DNA from: Syntrophorhabdaceae bacterium
Lineage (GTDB): Bacteria > Desulfobacterota > Syntrophorhabdia > Syntrophorhabdales > Syntrophorhabdaceae
Assembly (NCBI GenBank): GCA_963665295.1
Contig: OY762209.1
Span: 4,416,001 to 4,480,000 of the forward strand
DNA: 64,000 bases
Reading direction: 5' to 3'
The notes below the pieces were generated by a model, which saw only the letters and a list, made by a program, of their open reading frames with translations, ran no database searches and was not told where the DNA came from. Made by a program: the position numbers and the translations under genes. Below are positions 26,803 to 35,315 of the stretch, piece after piece (within the stretch, counting starts at the first letter, position 1; each line of letters begins with the position of its first letter).

Positions 26803-28893
26803 ATGAAAAGACGAAAATTAACGACAGTTCTGACCGTGGCCTTTGTGACAATAATTGCAGGGCTGGCTTTCGGCGTAGGTTCCTATCTTACTCAATTCAA
26901 CACCCGTTACGGCACATCGGGCAGCGCTCTCGACTCGTGTAACCTGTGCCATCCAGGCGGCGCTACTTCGCAACTCAACGCCTACGCGAGTGCCTACGTG
27001 AGTGCCGGCCACAATTTTGCCTCTGTCGAGTCCCTGGACTCCGACGGGGACGGCTACACAAACCTCACCGAGATTAACGCGCGTACCAATCCGGGCGACG
27101 CTGCCAGTCATCCGGTCGCGGACGCGACGCCTCCGGTGGTTACGGCCTTCACCATACCCGCCACATCGGGTTCCCTTGTGGTTGCCATCAACAGTTTTAC
27201 CGCGACGGACAACGTAAGCGTAACCGGCTACCTCGTGACAGAGACGGCCCAGAAGCCCCTGGCCGCCGCAGCGGGCTGGACCTCTACACCTCCCGCAAAC
27301 CATACCTTCACCACCGCGGGTGTCAAGACGCTTTACGCATGGGCAAAGGACGCCGCGGGTAATGTCTCTTCCACCACGGTGAGCGCCTCCGTTACCATCA
27401 CCCTTGCCGATGCGACACCCCCCACGGTCACCGCTTTCACGATCCCTGTATCGTCGGCCTCCCTGACCGTGACAATCAGCGCCTTCACCGCTACGGACAA
27501 TGTGGGAGTGACGGGCTACCTTGTGACGGAAACGTCCACAAAGCCCCTTGCTTCCGCGTCGGGATGGAGTGCGACACGGCCGGCAAGTTACGCCTGTACT
27601 TCGGGCGGCGCAAAGACGCTTTACGCATGGGCCAAGGACGCCGCGGGTAATGTCTCCACCGGTGTGGTGAACGCCACTGTCAACATCACGGTTTCCGATA
27701 TGACGCCCCCCCTGATTACGGCTTTTGTCATACCCTCTGCCTCAAGTTCTCTCGTAATCACCATTACCAGCTTTACCGCAACGGACAACGTGGGAGTGAC
27801 GGGCTATCTCTTGACCACAACCTCTACGCCACCTTCGCCTACCGGCGCGGGCTGGACCGCAACGCCACCGGGAAGCTATACCTTTGTTTCTACGGGAGTG
27901 AAAACGCTTTACGCATGGGCCAAGGACGCTGCGGGTAATGTCTCCACCGGTGTGAGCCAGACCGTCAGCATCGTATCCGGCGACACCATACCACCGAACA
28001 TCACCAACTTCTCCCTTACCCCTTCGGCCGAGACGTTAAAGGTGCCTGTAGTCGCGTTCACCGCAACGGACGACGTGGCCGTTACGGGTTATATGCTTAC
28101 AGAGACCGCAAAAACTCCTCTTCCCACGGCAGCCGGCTGGAGCACCACTCCTCCCGCAAGCTACACCTTCACCTCGGAAGGACTCAAGGCACTTTACGCC
28201 TGGGCCAAGGACGCCGCGGGGAATGTATCGTTGCCGTGGAGCGACATGGTGGACATCGTGGTTACGGACGTTACGCCTCCCGACGTGATGGACTTCAGCC
28301 TCCGCAGCCCCAGTGATTCCCTTATCGTACCTATTACCGGCTTCACTGCCATAGACGACGTGGAAGTCACAGGCTATCTCGTAACGAAGAGTGCGTCGCG
28401 GCCAAAAGCGAATGCGGCCGGATGGAGCGCAAGCCCCCCGACCAGCTACACCTTCCCTCTTCATACGACGGGCACCAAAACCCTCTATGGCTGGGCAAAA
28501 GATGCCGCGGGGAATGTGTCCGATGGTCTTTCGGAACAGGTAGTCATCCAGATCGATGATCGTACTCCGCCGACGGTAACGGAGTTCAGGATACCTTCGT
28601 CATCGAGCAGCCTGACTGTCAGGCTCAGGACCTTCACCGCCACGGATAACAAGGTGATTGCAGGCTATATGGTAACCACGTCGTCCGCAAAACCGTCATG
28701 GTCGTCGCCCAAGTGGAACGCCGCTCCTCCCGCGAGCTTCACGTTTACGTCCCAGGGGACAAAAACACTCTACCCCTGGGTCAGGGACGCCGCGGGGAAT
28801 GTGTCCGGCAAATTTGTGGGCGCCGCCATGAAGGTCCGCATCTCTCTCGACCCTGAAGAAGAGGACAGGAACGAGCACGGCGATGACGATTAA
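26803..28893 (+). CDS. Secreted protein with one CxxCH heme c motif, a Ca-binding DxDxDG motif and six Ig-like repeats
   Basis: Signal peptide; CNLCH at 26938-26952; DSDGDGYTNLTE; repeats ending AWAKDAAGNVS. Confidence 0.85.
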   Translation: MKRRKLTTVLTVAFVTIIAGLAFGVGSYLTQFNTRYGTSGSALDSCNLCHPGGATSQLNAYASAYVSAGHNFASVESLDSDGDGYTNLTEINARTNPGDAASHPVADATPPVVTAFTIPATSGSLVVAINSFTATDNVSVTGYLVTETAQKPLAAAAGWTSTPPANHTFTTAGVKTLYAWAKDAAGNVSSTTVSASVTITLADATPPTVTAFTIPVSSASLTVTISAFTATDNVGVTGYLVTETSTKPLASASGWSATRPASYACTSGGAKTLYAWAKDAAGNVSTGVVNATVNITVSDMTPPLITAFVIPSASSSLVITITSFTATDNVGVTGYLLTTTSTPPSPTGAGWTATPPGSYTFVSTGVKTLYAWAKDAAGNVSTGVSQTVSIVSGDTIPPNITNFSLTPSAETLKVPVVAFTATDDVAVTGYMLTETAKTPLPTAAGWSTTPPASYTFTSEGLKALYAWAKDAAGNVSLPWSDMVDIVVTDVTPPDVMDFSLRSPSDSLIVPITGFTAIDDVEVTGYLVTKSASRPKANAAGWSASPPTSYTFPLHTTGTKTLYGWAKDAAGNVSDGLSEQVVIQIDDRTPPTVTEFRIPSSSSSLTVRLRTFTATDNKVIAGYMVTTSSAKPSWSSPKWNAAPPASFTFTSQGTKTLYPWVRDAAGNVSGKFVGAAMKVRISLDPEEEDRNEHGDDD
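27121..28850 (+). repeat. Six tandem coding repeats of about 95 aa (about 288 nt)
   Basis: DxTPP...FTATDN.GVTGY.VT...W...PP.SYTF...KTLYAWAKDAAGNVS six times; DNA core GGCCAAGGACGCCGCGGG(T/G)AATGT. Confidence 0.95.
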
Positions 28894-28974
28894 TTAACAG
28901 TCATCGGGCGAAGGCCACCCTCCATGGGCGCGGTCCCCGGTGACGATGGCAAAGCTCCTCTGTAACGGGTAAAT

Positions 28975-29007
28975 CGATAAGGGCGGGATTATTTCCCGCC
29001 CTTATCG
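28975..29007. terminator. Perfect 14-bp hairpin after the hydrogenase/cytochrome genes
   Basis: CGATAAGGGCGGGA-ttatt-TCCCGCCCTTATCG. Confidence 0.65.
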
Positions 29008-29117
29008 TAACATTGCACGTAAAAGCAGGAATAGAAAGCCCACCAGCCCGTGCTATGAAGTATTGAATTATCCGGACCCGGAAGTTATAATCTCCCATCA
29101 TATACAGGAGGTCGGAT

Positions 29118-29432
29118 ATGTCCGTTATGCTGGAGTTTGCCATGTTTCCCACGGATAAAGGGGACAGCGTGAGTGAATACGTAAGCAGAATAATTAAAAT
29201 GATCGACGAAAGCGGCGTATCCTATAAGTTGACGCCCATGGGAACCATTGTGGAAGTAGAGACCCTCGATGAAGCGCTTCGCATCGTCGGTAAAGCCTAC
29301 GGTCAGCTTGAACCCGATTGCGGGAGGATCTATTCCTCACTGAAACTGGACATACGCCAGGGAAAAAGCGAGAGGTTGCAGCAGAAAATAGCATCGATAG
29401 AGGGGAAGATAGGGCGGGAAGTCAAGAAGTAG
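29118..29432 (+). CDS. MTH1187/YkoF-like thiamine-binding family protein
   Basis: FP...SVS.YV...SG..Y.LTPMGT.VE...K.D.R. Confidence 0.88.
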   Translation: MSVMLEFAMFPTDKGDSVSEYVSRIIKMIDESGVSYKLTPMGTIVEVETLDEALRIVGKAYGQLEPDCGRIYSSLKLDIRQGKSERLQQKIASIEGKIGREVKK

Positions 29433-29524
29433 TGCCCGACTCGAAAGTTCCGCCATTTGCCGGAGGTGCCATATGATGCGACGATATTTCTTATCCGTAC
29501 AGTCGTCCCGAACAGGACTCGGCC

Positions 29525-29938
29525 ATGCATGAATGGGCATTGGCTCAATCAATCGTTGCCACCATCGCTTCAGAAATTGAAAAAAACGGGCTGTGCAAAG
29601 TATCGAGAGTTGAAGTCAAGGTGGGGGAACTGCAGCAGATCGACCTCGACATCTTCAGGTCTCTCATCGAGAGCGTTCTCTCAACCTATGACCTTCCTGT
29701 AGACATGTCTCAAATAGTCGTCTCCAAAGACAAGACTACCTTCAAATGCAGAATCTGCGGCTCGGAGTGGGGTTTTGCCGATACCGGCGATACCCTTACC
29801 CATGATGAAGGCGAGTCGATCCATTTCATCCCCGAAGTGGCGCACATTTACATGCGTTGTCCCGGGTGCGGAAGCCCGGACTTCGATATCTCGAAGGGAC
29901 GCGGCGTGTGGATCGAGTCCATCGAAGGAGAAACATGA
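29525..29938 (+). CDS. hypA: Hydrogenase nickel chaperone HypA (long, Thermococcales-like form)
   Basis: MHEWALA, VGEL, CRIC...IHFIPEV...CPGC, G.G. Confidence 0.92.
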   Translation: MHEWALAQSIVATIASEIEKNGLCKVSRVEVKVGELQQIDLDIFRSLIESVLSTYDLPVDMSQIVVSKDKTTFKCRICGSEWGFADTGDTLTHDEGESIHFIPEVAHIYMRCPGCGSPDFDISKGRGVWIESIEGET

Positions 29939-30696
29939 TAGACCCCAGACCTGCCGTAATTCAGGAGAGACTTGCCCATACCCGACGGATACTTGCCGTG
30001 TCAGGCGGTAAGGGAGGGATCGGCAAAAGCTCGATTGCCTGCCTTCTCGCCCTCTGCCTCTCCCGCAAAGGCCATAAAACAGGACTTTTCGACCTTGATT
30101 TCGCAGGCCCCACCGACCACGTGCTGCTGGGCATCAAGGGGGTCGGTCCCCACGAGATGAACGGGATTGTCCCTCCCGTGGTTCATGGGATCAGCTTCAT
30201 GTCCCTCACCTACTTTACCGGCGACCACCCATCCCCCTTCAGAGGTTCCGATATATCAAATTCCCTTGTTGAACTCCTTGCCATCACCCAATGGAACGAT
30301 CTCGATTTCCTGGTCATCGACATGCCTCCAGGGCTTGGCGACACTATCCTCGATGTAATAAGACTGATCAGACGGATGGAATTCCTCGCGGTAACTACAA
30401 GTTCGAAACTCGCCCTGGAAATAGTGAAGAAGGAGTTAACCATGCTGAAGGAACTCGGCATCCCGATCCTGGGCGTGGTTGAGAATATGAAGAGAAATTC
30501 CGACCCGCCGGTGGGACGACAGATATCCCCCCTTCAGGTCCCGTTTCTCGGTTCCATAGATTTCGATCCCGGTTTTGAGGAGACGCTGGGGGATATCGAC
30601 CGTTTGATAGGAACCCGATTCATGAAGCAATTGGAACTGATAGTCGATCGGGGCATGGTTGTCTCAGAAGAGGACCGCCACCGGCCGGAGCCCTGA
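29935..30696 (+). CDS. Mrp/MinD-family ATPase, probably ATPase-type HypB
   Basis: GGKGGIGKS, DLDF.G, DMPPG.GD, VENM with no following CxxC; ATGA-coupled to hypA. Confidence 0.82.
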   Translation: MIDPRPAVIQERLAHTRRILAVSGGKGGIGKSSIACLLALCLSRKGHKTGLFDLDFAGPTDHVLLGIKGVGPHEMNGIVPPVVHGISFMSLTYFTGDHPSPFRGSDISNSLVELLAITQWNDLDFLVIDMPPGLGDTILDVIRLIRRMEFLAVTTSSKLALEIVKKELTMLKELGIPILGVVENMKRNSDPPVGRQISPLQVPFLGSIDFDPGFEETLGDIDRLIGTRFMKQLELIVDRGMVVSEEDRHRPEP

Positions 30697-30745
30697 CCCG
30701 GAAACCCGGGCAGGCAAATTTGTCATATCATAAAGAGGAGGTCTC

Positions 30746-31501
30746 ATGGATGCGGTAAGAGAAGAATTCAAAGACGGTATATACACAATCATATTGAACA
30801 GGCCCGAAAAGAAGAACGCCATGGATTCCGAGCTTTTGCCGGCTCTTTTCCAGGCGCTTCAAAATGCCAGGGCGAAAAAGAGTTCGGTGGTCATTATCCG
30901 GGGCGCGGGAAAAGCGTTCTGCGCCGGTGGGGACATCGTTGAATTCCGGGAAAGCGAAGATACAGGCTCCCGTATCGATTACATGGCGGACGTACTCCAC
31001 AAAAGCATCGTCCTTATCAGACAGATGGACGCCATCGTGGTAGCGGCGGTGGAAGGTGTAGCGGTGGGAGCAGGCCTGGGCCTTGCCCTTGCCTGCGATG
31101 TTACCGCCGCGTCAAGAAATACGGTCATGAACATGGGATACAGACGGATCGGCCTCACCCCTGACGGCGGAGGCAGCTTCTTTCTCCCCCGCATCATAGG
31201 GGCAAAAAAATTCAGCGAGCTCTATCTTTTCTCCCGCAATATCACCATGGACGAGGCCAAGGACATGGGTCTCGTGAACTTCGTGTGGGAGGAAAGTGAG
31301 TTTGAGGAAAGATTGGAGAAGATGGTAGCAGACCTCACCGCCCTTCCCATGGAGACCATCGGGCATTTCAAGGACCTCGTGAACCACGCCGTGTTGTCGG
31401 GGCTTGAGGTCCACCTCGACAAGGAGCGGTTCTATGTATCCGAATTGGGAGGAAACAAACAATTCAAAGAGCGGCTGGACCAGTTCTTCAAGAAGAAATA
31501 G
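30746..31501 (+). CDS. Enoyl-CoA hydratase/isomerase (crotonase) family protein
   Basis: LNRPEKKNA, AFCAGGD, GAGLGLALACD, GLTPDGG. Confidence 0.92.
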   Translation: MDAVREEFKDGIYTIILNRPEKKNAMDSELLPALFQALQNARAKKSSVVIIRGAGKAFCAGGDIVEFRESEDTGSRIDYMADVLHKSIVLIRQMDAIVVAAVEGVAVGAGLGLALACDVTAASRNTVMNMGYRRIGLTPDGGGSFFLPRIIGAKKFSELYLFSRNITMDEAKDMGLVNFVWEESEFEERLEKMVADLTALPMETIGHFKDLVNHAVLSGLEVHLDKERFYVSELGGNKQFKERLDQFFKKK

Positions 31502-31570
31502 AGAAGGCAACCTTGCATTGTCAACCACGGCATGAGGGCAACATGAAGGCACAACCGTGAAAGGCGCCCC

Positions 31571-32938
31571 ATGAAGATGCTCTATCTTTTTTCCATTTTT
31601 GGATACATCTGTCTTTTATGGTTCGTCAGTATCTATGTGACGAGAAGATCGAGATCGACCGAGGCCTATCTTGTGGCATCCGGGAGCCTTTCGGTCCCAT
31701 TCATTTCAGTCCTCATCGCGGGCACCTGGATCGGTGGGGTATCGGTCGTCGGGATGGCCCAGGGCGCTTACATCCACGGGATAAGCGCCCTTTGGTTCCA
31801 GGCAGGCATCTGGATCGCCATGTGCATAACCGCCCTCCTGCTCCCCCGGATCATGCGGGGCAGGAAAACCTACTCCATACTTGATGTAGTAGGAAAACTC
31901 TATGACGCGAAGACAGCGCGTCTCGCAGGCATTCTTCAGCTCTTTTTCTCCATCTGGGTGGTTACCATGCAGATCGTGGGAGGGGGAGCCATACTGTCGG
32001 TCATTCTGGGTGAACGGATATCGTTCAGGGAAGGGATGGTGCTGACTGCCGCCGTCTTCACGCTGTATAACGTGGTAGGAGGTTTCGTCGCCACCGCATA
32101 CACAAATCTGGTCCATATCTGCGCCATCTTCCTGGGTATATTCCTTGGGGGCTTTTACGTCATATTCAATACCGGATCTCTCGCCCGGATGGCTGTCGAC
32201 ACCGGTGTCTTTCACCCCTTCGGGGATCTCGGGTTAGCCCAGGCCTTGAGTTGGGCTTATATCAACCTTACACTGGGAGTCCTTGCTCAGCCTGTAATCA
32301 ACACGGCTTCCTCCGCAAAGACTCTTTCCGATGGAAGAAAGGGGATTCTTATAGGTAATTTTATCGCCATCCCCGTGGTGGTCATGGCAGCCCTCTGCGG
32401 CATTGCGGCAAAGGACCTCTTTCCCTCCATCCCTTCCCTTGCCGCTTTACCCCGGCTCCTGGATGTCATGCCTCCCGCCATAGGCGTCTTCTTTCTTCTT
32501 GGAATGTGGGCTCCCCTCATGAGTTCAGGTTCTCCTTTTCTGATGGGTGCCACGACCCTGGCGGTTAAGGGCTACATAGGTCCCGCTTTCAGGATCGAAA
32601 ACGATAAAAGACTGCTTCTCGTATCGCGGATAACAACCCTGACGATAGGGGCCCTTTCGCTCTTCCTCGGTCTCTTCGTGAAAGAGATCCTGAGGGAAAT
32701 CACTTGGCTCGCCGTCTTTTTGAGCGCAATAGTTTACATCGTATTCGCGGGCTGGGCAGGAAACAGGGTGTCGAGCGCCCACGCCTTTATCGCTCTCCTC
32801 GGGACCATAGCGATAGTAGCCGCCTCCTTTGCCTTTGGATTCTACAAGCTCATACACCCCGTCTGGCCGGTTACCGTCTACATCGCGATAGTGACGGCCC
32901 CGGACCTCCTCCGGCCCCGGCGGGACAAGGCGAAGTAG
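31571..32938 (+). CDS. Sodium:solute symporter (SSS) family protein
   Basis: YLVA...TWIGG, GG..ATAYT, MSS; about 13 TM helices. Confidence 0.88.
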   Translation: MKMLYLFSIFGYICLLWFVSIYVTRRSRSTEAYLVASGSLSVPFISVLIAGTWIGGVSVVGMAQGAYIHGISALWFQAGIWIAMCITALLLPRIMRGRKTYSILDVVGKLYDAKTARLAGILQLFFSIWVVTMQIVGGGAILSVILGERISFREGMVLTAAVFTLYNVVGGFVATAYTNLVHICAIFLGIFLGGFYVIFNTGSLARMAVDTGVFHPFGDLGLAQALSWAYINLTLGVLAQPVINTASSAKTLSDGRKGILIGNFIAIPVVVMAALCGIAAKDLFPSIPSLAALPRLLDVMPPAIGVFFLLGMWAPLMSSGSPFLMGATTLAVKGYIGPAFRIENDKRLLLVSRITTLTIGALSLFLGLFVKEILREITWLAVFLSAIVYIVFAGWAGNRVSSAHAFIALLGTIAIVAASFAFGFYKLIHPVWPVTVYIAIVTAPDLLRPRRDKAK

Positions 32939-33125
32939 AATCAGCCCTCCGGCCCGGCCTTCCCGGACCGAGGCTTGCTCGATGGAGGCGCGGATACGCC
33001 CTGCCGTGATGTGGCATAATTTTCCTCAGTAGGAATTATTTTCCCATATAGACCCATATACGGCTCTGTGGCCCAGGGACCGATCCCCGTGAAATCATGT
33101 GATTATGTGCGCCCCCGGCAGCTTA

Positions 33126-33141
33126 CGGCATAGGGGTTGCA
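33126..33141 (+). promoter_or_regulatory. Sigma-54 -24/-12 promoter
   Basis: CGGCAT-AGGGG-TTGCA, exact GG-N10-GC spacing. Confidence 0.75.
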
Positions 33142-33212
33142 ACAAATCACGGTTGGAAGGGGCGAGCCAAGACCTACCTCTATCAAACTTCAATCGTTGA
33201 AAGGAGGTCAGT

Positions 33213-33956
33213 ATGATCAGCAGCATCGGCAGCAACAGCAGTTCACTCTATGAGTACCTAATGCAGTTGAGGGCGTCCGGTTCATCAACGTCATCAACGT
33301 CATCCACATCAACGACGGACGATCTTTTCAGCAAGATCGATACGAGCGGAGACGGGACGGTAAGCGAAGACGAGTTCAACACGTTCCGGTCGGAAATGGA
33401 AGCCCAGTTTAAGAACTCCGTAATGACATCGAAGTACGATTCCACGGGAGCCGCCACCTCAACCGACGATCTTTTCAGTAAGGTCGACTCGGACGGGGAC
33501 GGCACGGTAAGCGAAGACGAGTTCGGTATGTTCCGGTCGGCCATGGAATCCCACGGAGCTCCTCCTCCACCGCCGCCGCCGGACTCTTCGGCCTCATCCT
33601 CGTCAAGTTCGTCCATCGACGACCTTTTCGGCAAGATCGATACGGATGGGGACGGCACGGTAAGCGAGGACGAGTTCGGCACCTTCCTCGCCGGCATGGA
33701 GGCTGCAATTGAAAACGTCCTGCTTCAGGGTCAGGACAGTACAAGCATCGATTCCGACACATCCGTCGGCAGCACCGCCGAAGCCGCTTCGTCGGCAACA
33801 AGCGTCAGTACGGCCGCAACAGATTCAACGTCGGACCAGACGGACGGCGCAAGCCTTTTCGCGTCCCTTATTATGGAAGCAATAACCAAGTATATGACCT
33901 TCTCGCAGCCGCAGCAGGGTTCAACGTCTACAGGTCAGATAAGTGTAGCGGCTTAA
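33213..33956 (+). CDS. Ser/Thr-rich EF-hand calcium-binding protein (three EF-hand loops)
   Basis: DTSGDGTVSEDE, DSDGDGTVSEDE, DTDGDGTVSEDE; poly-Pro linker; AGGAGG SD. Confidence 0.88.
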   Translation: MISSIGSNSSSLYEYLMQLRASGSSTSSTSSTSTTDDLFSKIDTSGDGTVSEDEFNTFRSEMEAQFKNSVMTSKYDSTGAATSTDDLFSKVDSDGDGTVSEDEFGMFRSAMESHGAPPPPPPPDSSASSSSSSSIDDLFGKIDTDGDGTVSEDEFGTFLAGMEAAIENVLLQGQDSTSIDSDTSVGSTAEAASSATSVSTAATDSTSDQTDGASLFASLIMEAITKYMTFSQPQQGSTSTGQISVAA

Positions 33957-34001
33957 TGAATTATGCATCTTTTGAGAGAGGAGCATCCCGTCCCGGCAAT
34001 C

Positions 34002-34080
34002 GGGAGTGAGCAAGGCTTCATCTCTCGTATCAGAATCACCTGGCGTGGCATAGAGACTTGAGGTGGACCGGCTCGCCCCC
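34002..34080 (+). repeat. Structured repeat copy 1 (candidate ncRNA hairpin)
   Basis: Shares TCAGAATCACCTGGCGTGGCAT-N4-ACTTGAGGTGGACCGG-Y-TCGCCCCC with copy 2; ends are self-complementary. Confidence 0.8.
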
Positions 34081-34298
34081 CAAACCTCCTTGAAACGCCG
34101 CCTTTCCCCATCGTCGACCTCCCGTATCCGGATTGCGTAAAGAATTGAAGGGCATCTTTGCTCAGTCATTCATCCCGCCGCGACGCCTCGGCGATCACCT
34201 TCCCAAATTTTCGCAGAAAAGGGCAATTCCGTATTTCATCCCGGTATTCACGATCGGTTGTAACCTTTAGGGGATTCTTCGCGACTATGTAGCAAGAA

Positions 34299-34375
34299 GG
34301 GGGCGATCGCTTCACTCTCCTGTGTCAGAATCACCTGGCGTGGCATCTGGACTTGAGGTGGACCGGTTCGCCCCC
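34299..34375 (+). repeat. Structured repeat copy 2 (candidate ncRNA hairpin)
   Basis: GGGGGCGA...TCGCCCCC closing stem; same core as copy 1. Confidence 0.8.
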
Positions 34376-34577
34376 AAAATTACCGTGACAGCTTCGTCTT
34401 ACCACAGTATACCATAATGCCCGTCTTTCGTTCACAAATATTCGCATCGATCGTAAATAACGATGGGGCGCATACAAAACAAGGACCGCGGCAGCACGAC
34501 CGGACCGTTCTCCACCGATCCTCCCCCGGAAAAGAAGGATTGCCCGGGTATGGGCGACGCCGTCCCGGAGGGTGACG

Positions 34578-35294
34578 TTACTCCTTTTCCACGGGAAAAG
34601 TCAGACTCGCGCCAAACCACCCGATGACCGAGACCATAGCGGACAAGGAAAATACCAGTATGAGGTAGATTCCGCTCGAAAACCTCAGGTCCAGAAGAAT
34701 ATCGGGGACTGCGACGCGCCACACAAGGACGACAATGTTGACACCCAGGAGGGCCATTGAAAGCCGTTGTTTGATGGCTACGGGTCTCATGGGCCTTGCC
34801 CTATAGTTGAGCCACCATGTGTAGTAGCCTGTGGCCATAGCTACGGGAGTGAAGGCAAGCCCTGCCCCGAGGCAATTCAAAGCTGTCACTTCGAAACCCG
34901 GGACACGGGTGAACAGGAAAAGTAAAGTAAACAGGCCGGCGGAAAACATAAACACGATGGGGAAGTGGACCGTCATGGGGTGCGGATGACGTTTCAATAC
35001 GGGATATTGCCTAAGCAGTCTTGACAGCGAAGGGGGGACCTGTCTCTCACTTTCCTGTCCCTTTTTCAAAGTGCCCACTTGCGGGTACCGATCGAGCATC
35101 TCAGGCCCGTGGGGAGCCGCGGAAATGTCCGCGGTCAGGTCAGCGCCCCCATGGTGACGCTGCATATGGAAACCACCGGTCCACAGACGGCTGCCACTCA
35201 CGTCAAAGACCCTATTCCCGTGGGCCACGTACACAGGCTTTCCGTTCTTACCGTCGGCTTCCGCAAGCTCCTCAGGAGTGATTTCTTTCATCAA
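34578..35294 (-). CDS. Cytochrome b5-like domain fused to a DUF2231-like membrane domain
   Basis: DGKNG.PVYVA...VFDVS.S.LW.GG.H...H..G.DLT...APHG; HP..VHFP. Confidence 0.82.
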   Translation of the reverse strand: MMKEITPEELAEADGKNGKPVYVAHGNRVFDVSGSRLWTGGFHMQRHHGGADLTADISAAPHGPEMLDRYPQVGTLKKGQESERQVPPSLSRLLRQYPVLKRHPHPMTVHFPIVFMFSAGLFTLLFLFTRVPGFEVTALNCLGAGLAFTPVAMATGYYTWWLNYRARPMRPVAIKQRLSMALLGVNIVVLVWRVAVPDILLDLRFSSGIYLILVFSLSAMVSVIGWFGASLTFPVEKE

Positions 35295-35315
35295 CGGCTC
35301 TCTCCGAAGCAGGGG

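Noticed and set aside
27121..28850. DNA repeats as a CRISPR array
   Set aside because: The period is about 288 nt, in frame, and degenerate at third codon positions, so these are protein repeats.
34002..34375. Hairpin repeats as tRNA-Sec, SRP RNA, attC or CRISPR
   Set aside because: No T-loop or cloverleaf, no SRP helix-8 motif, no RYYYAAC/GTTRRRY ends, and only two copies.
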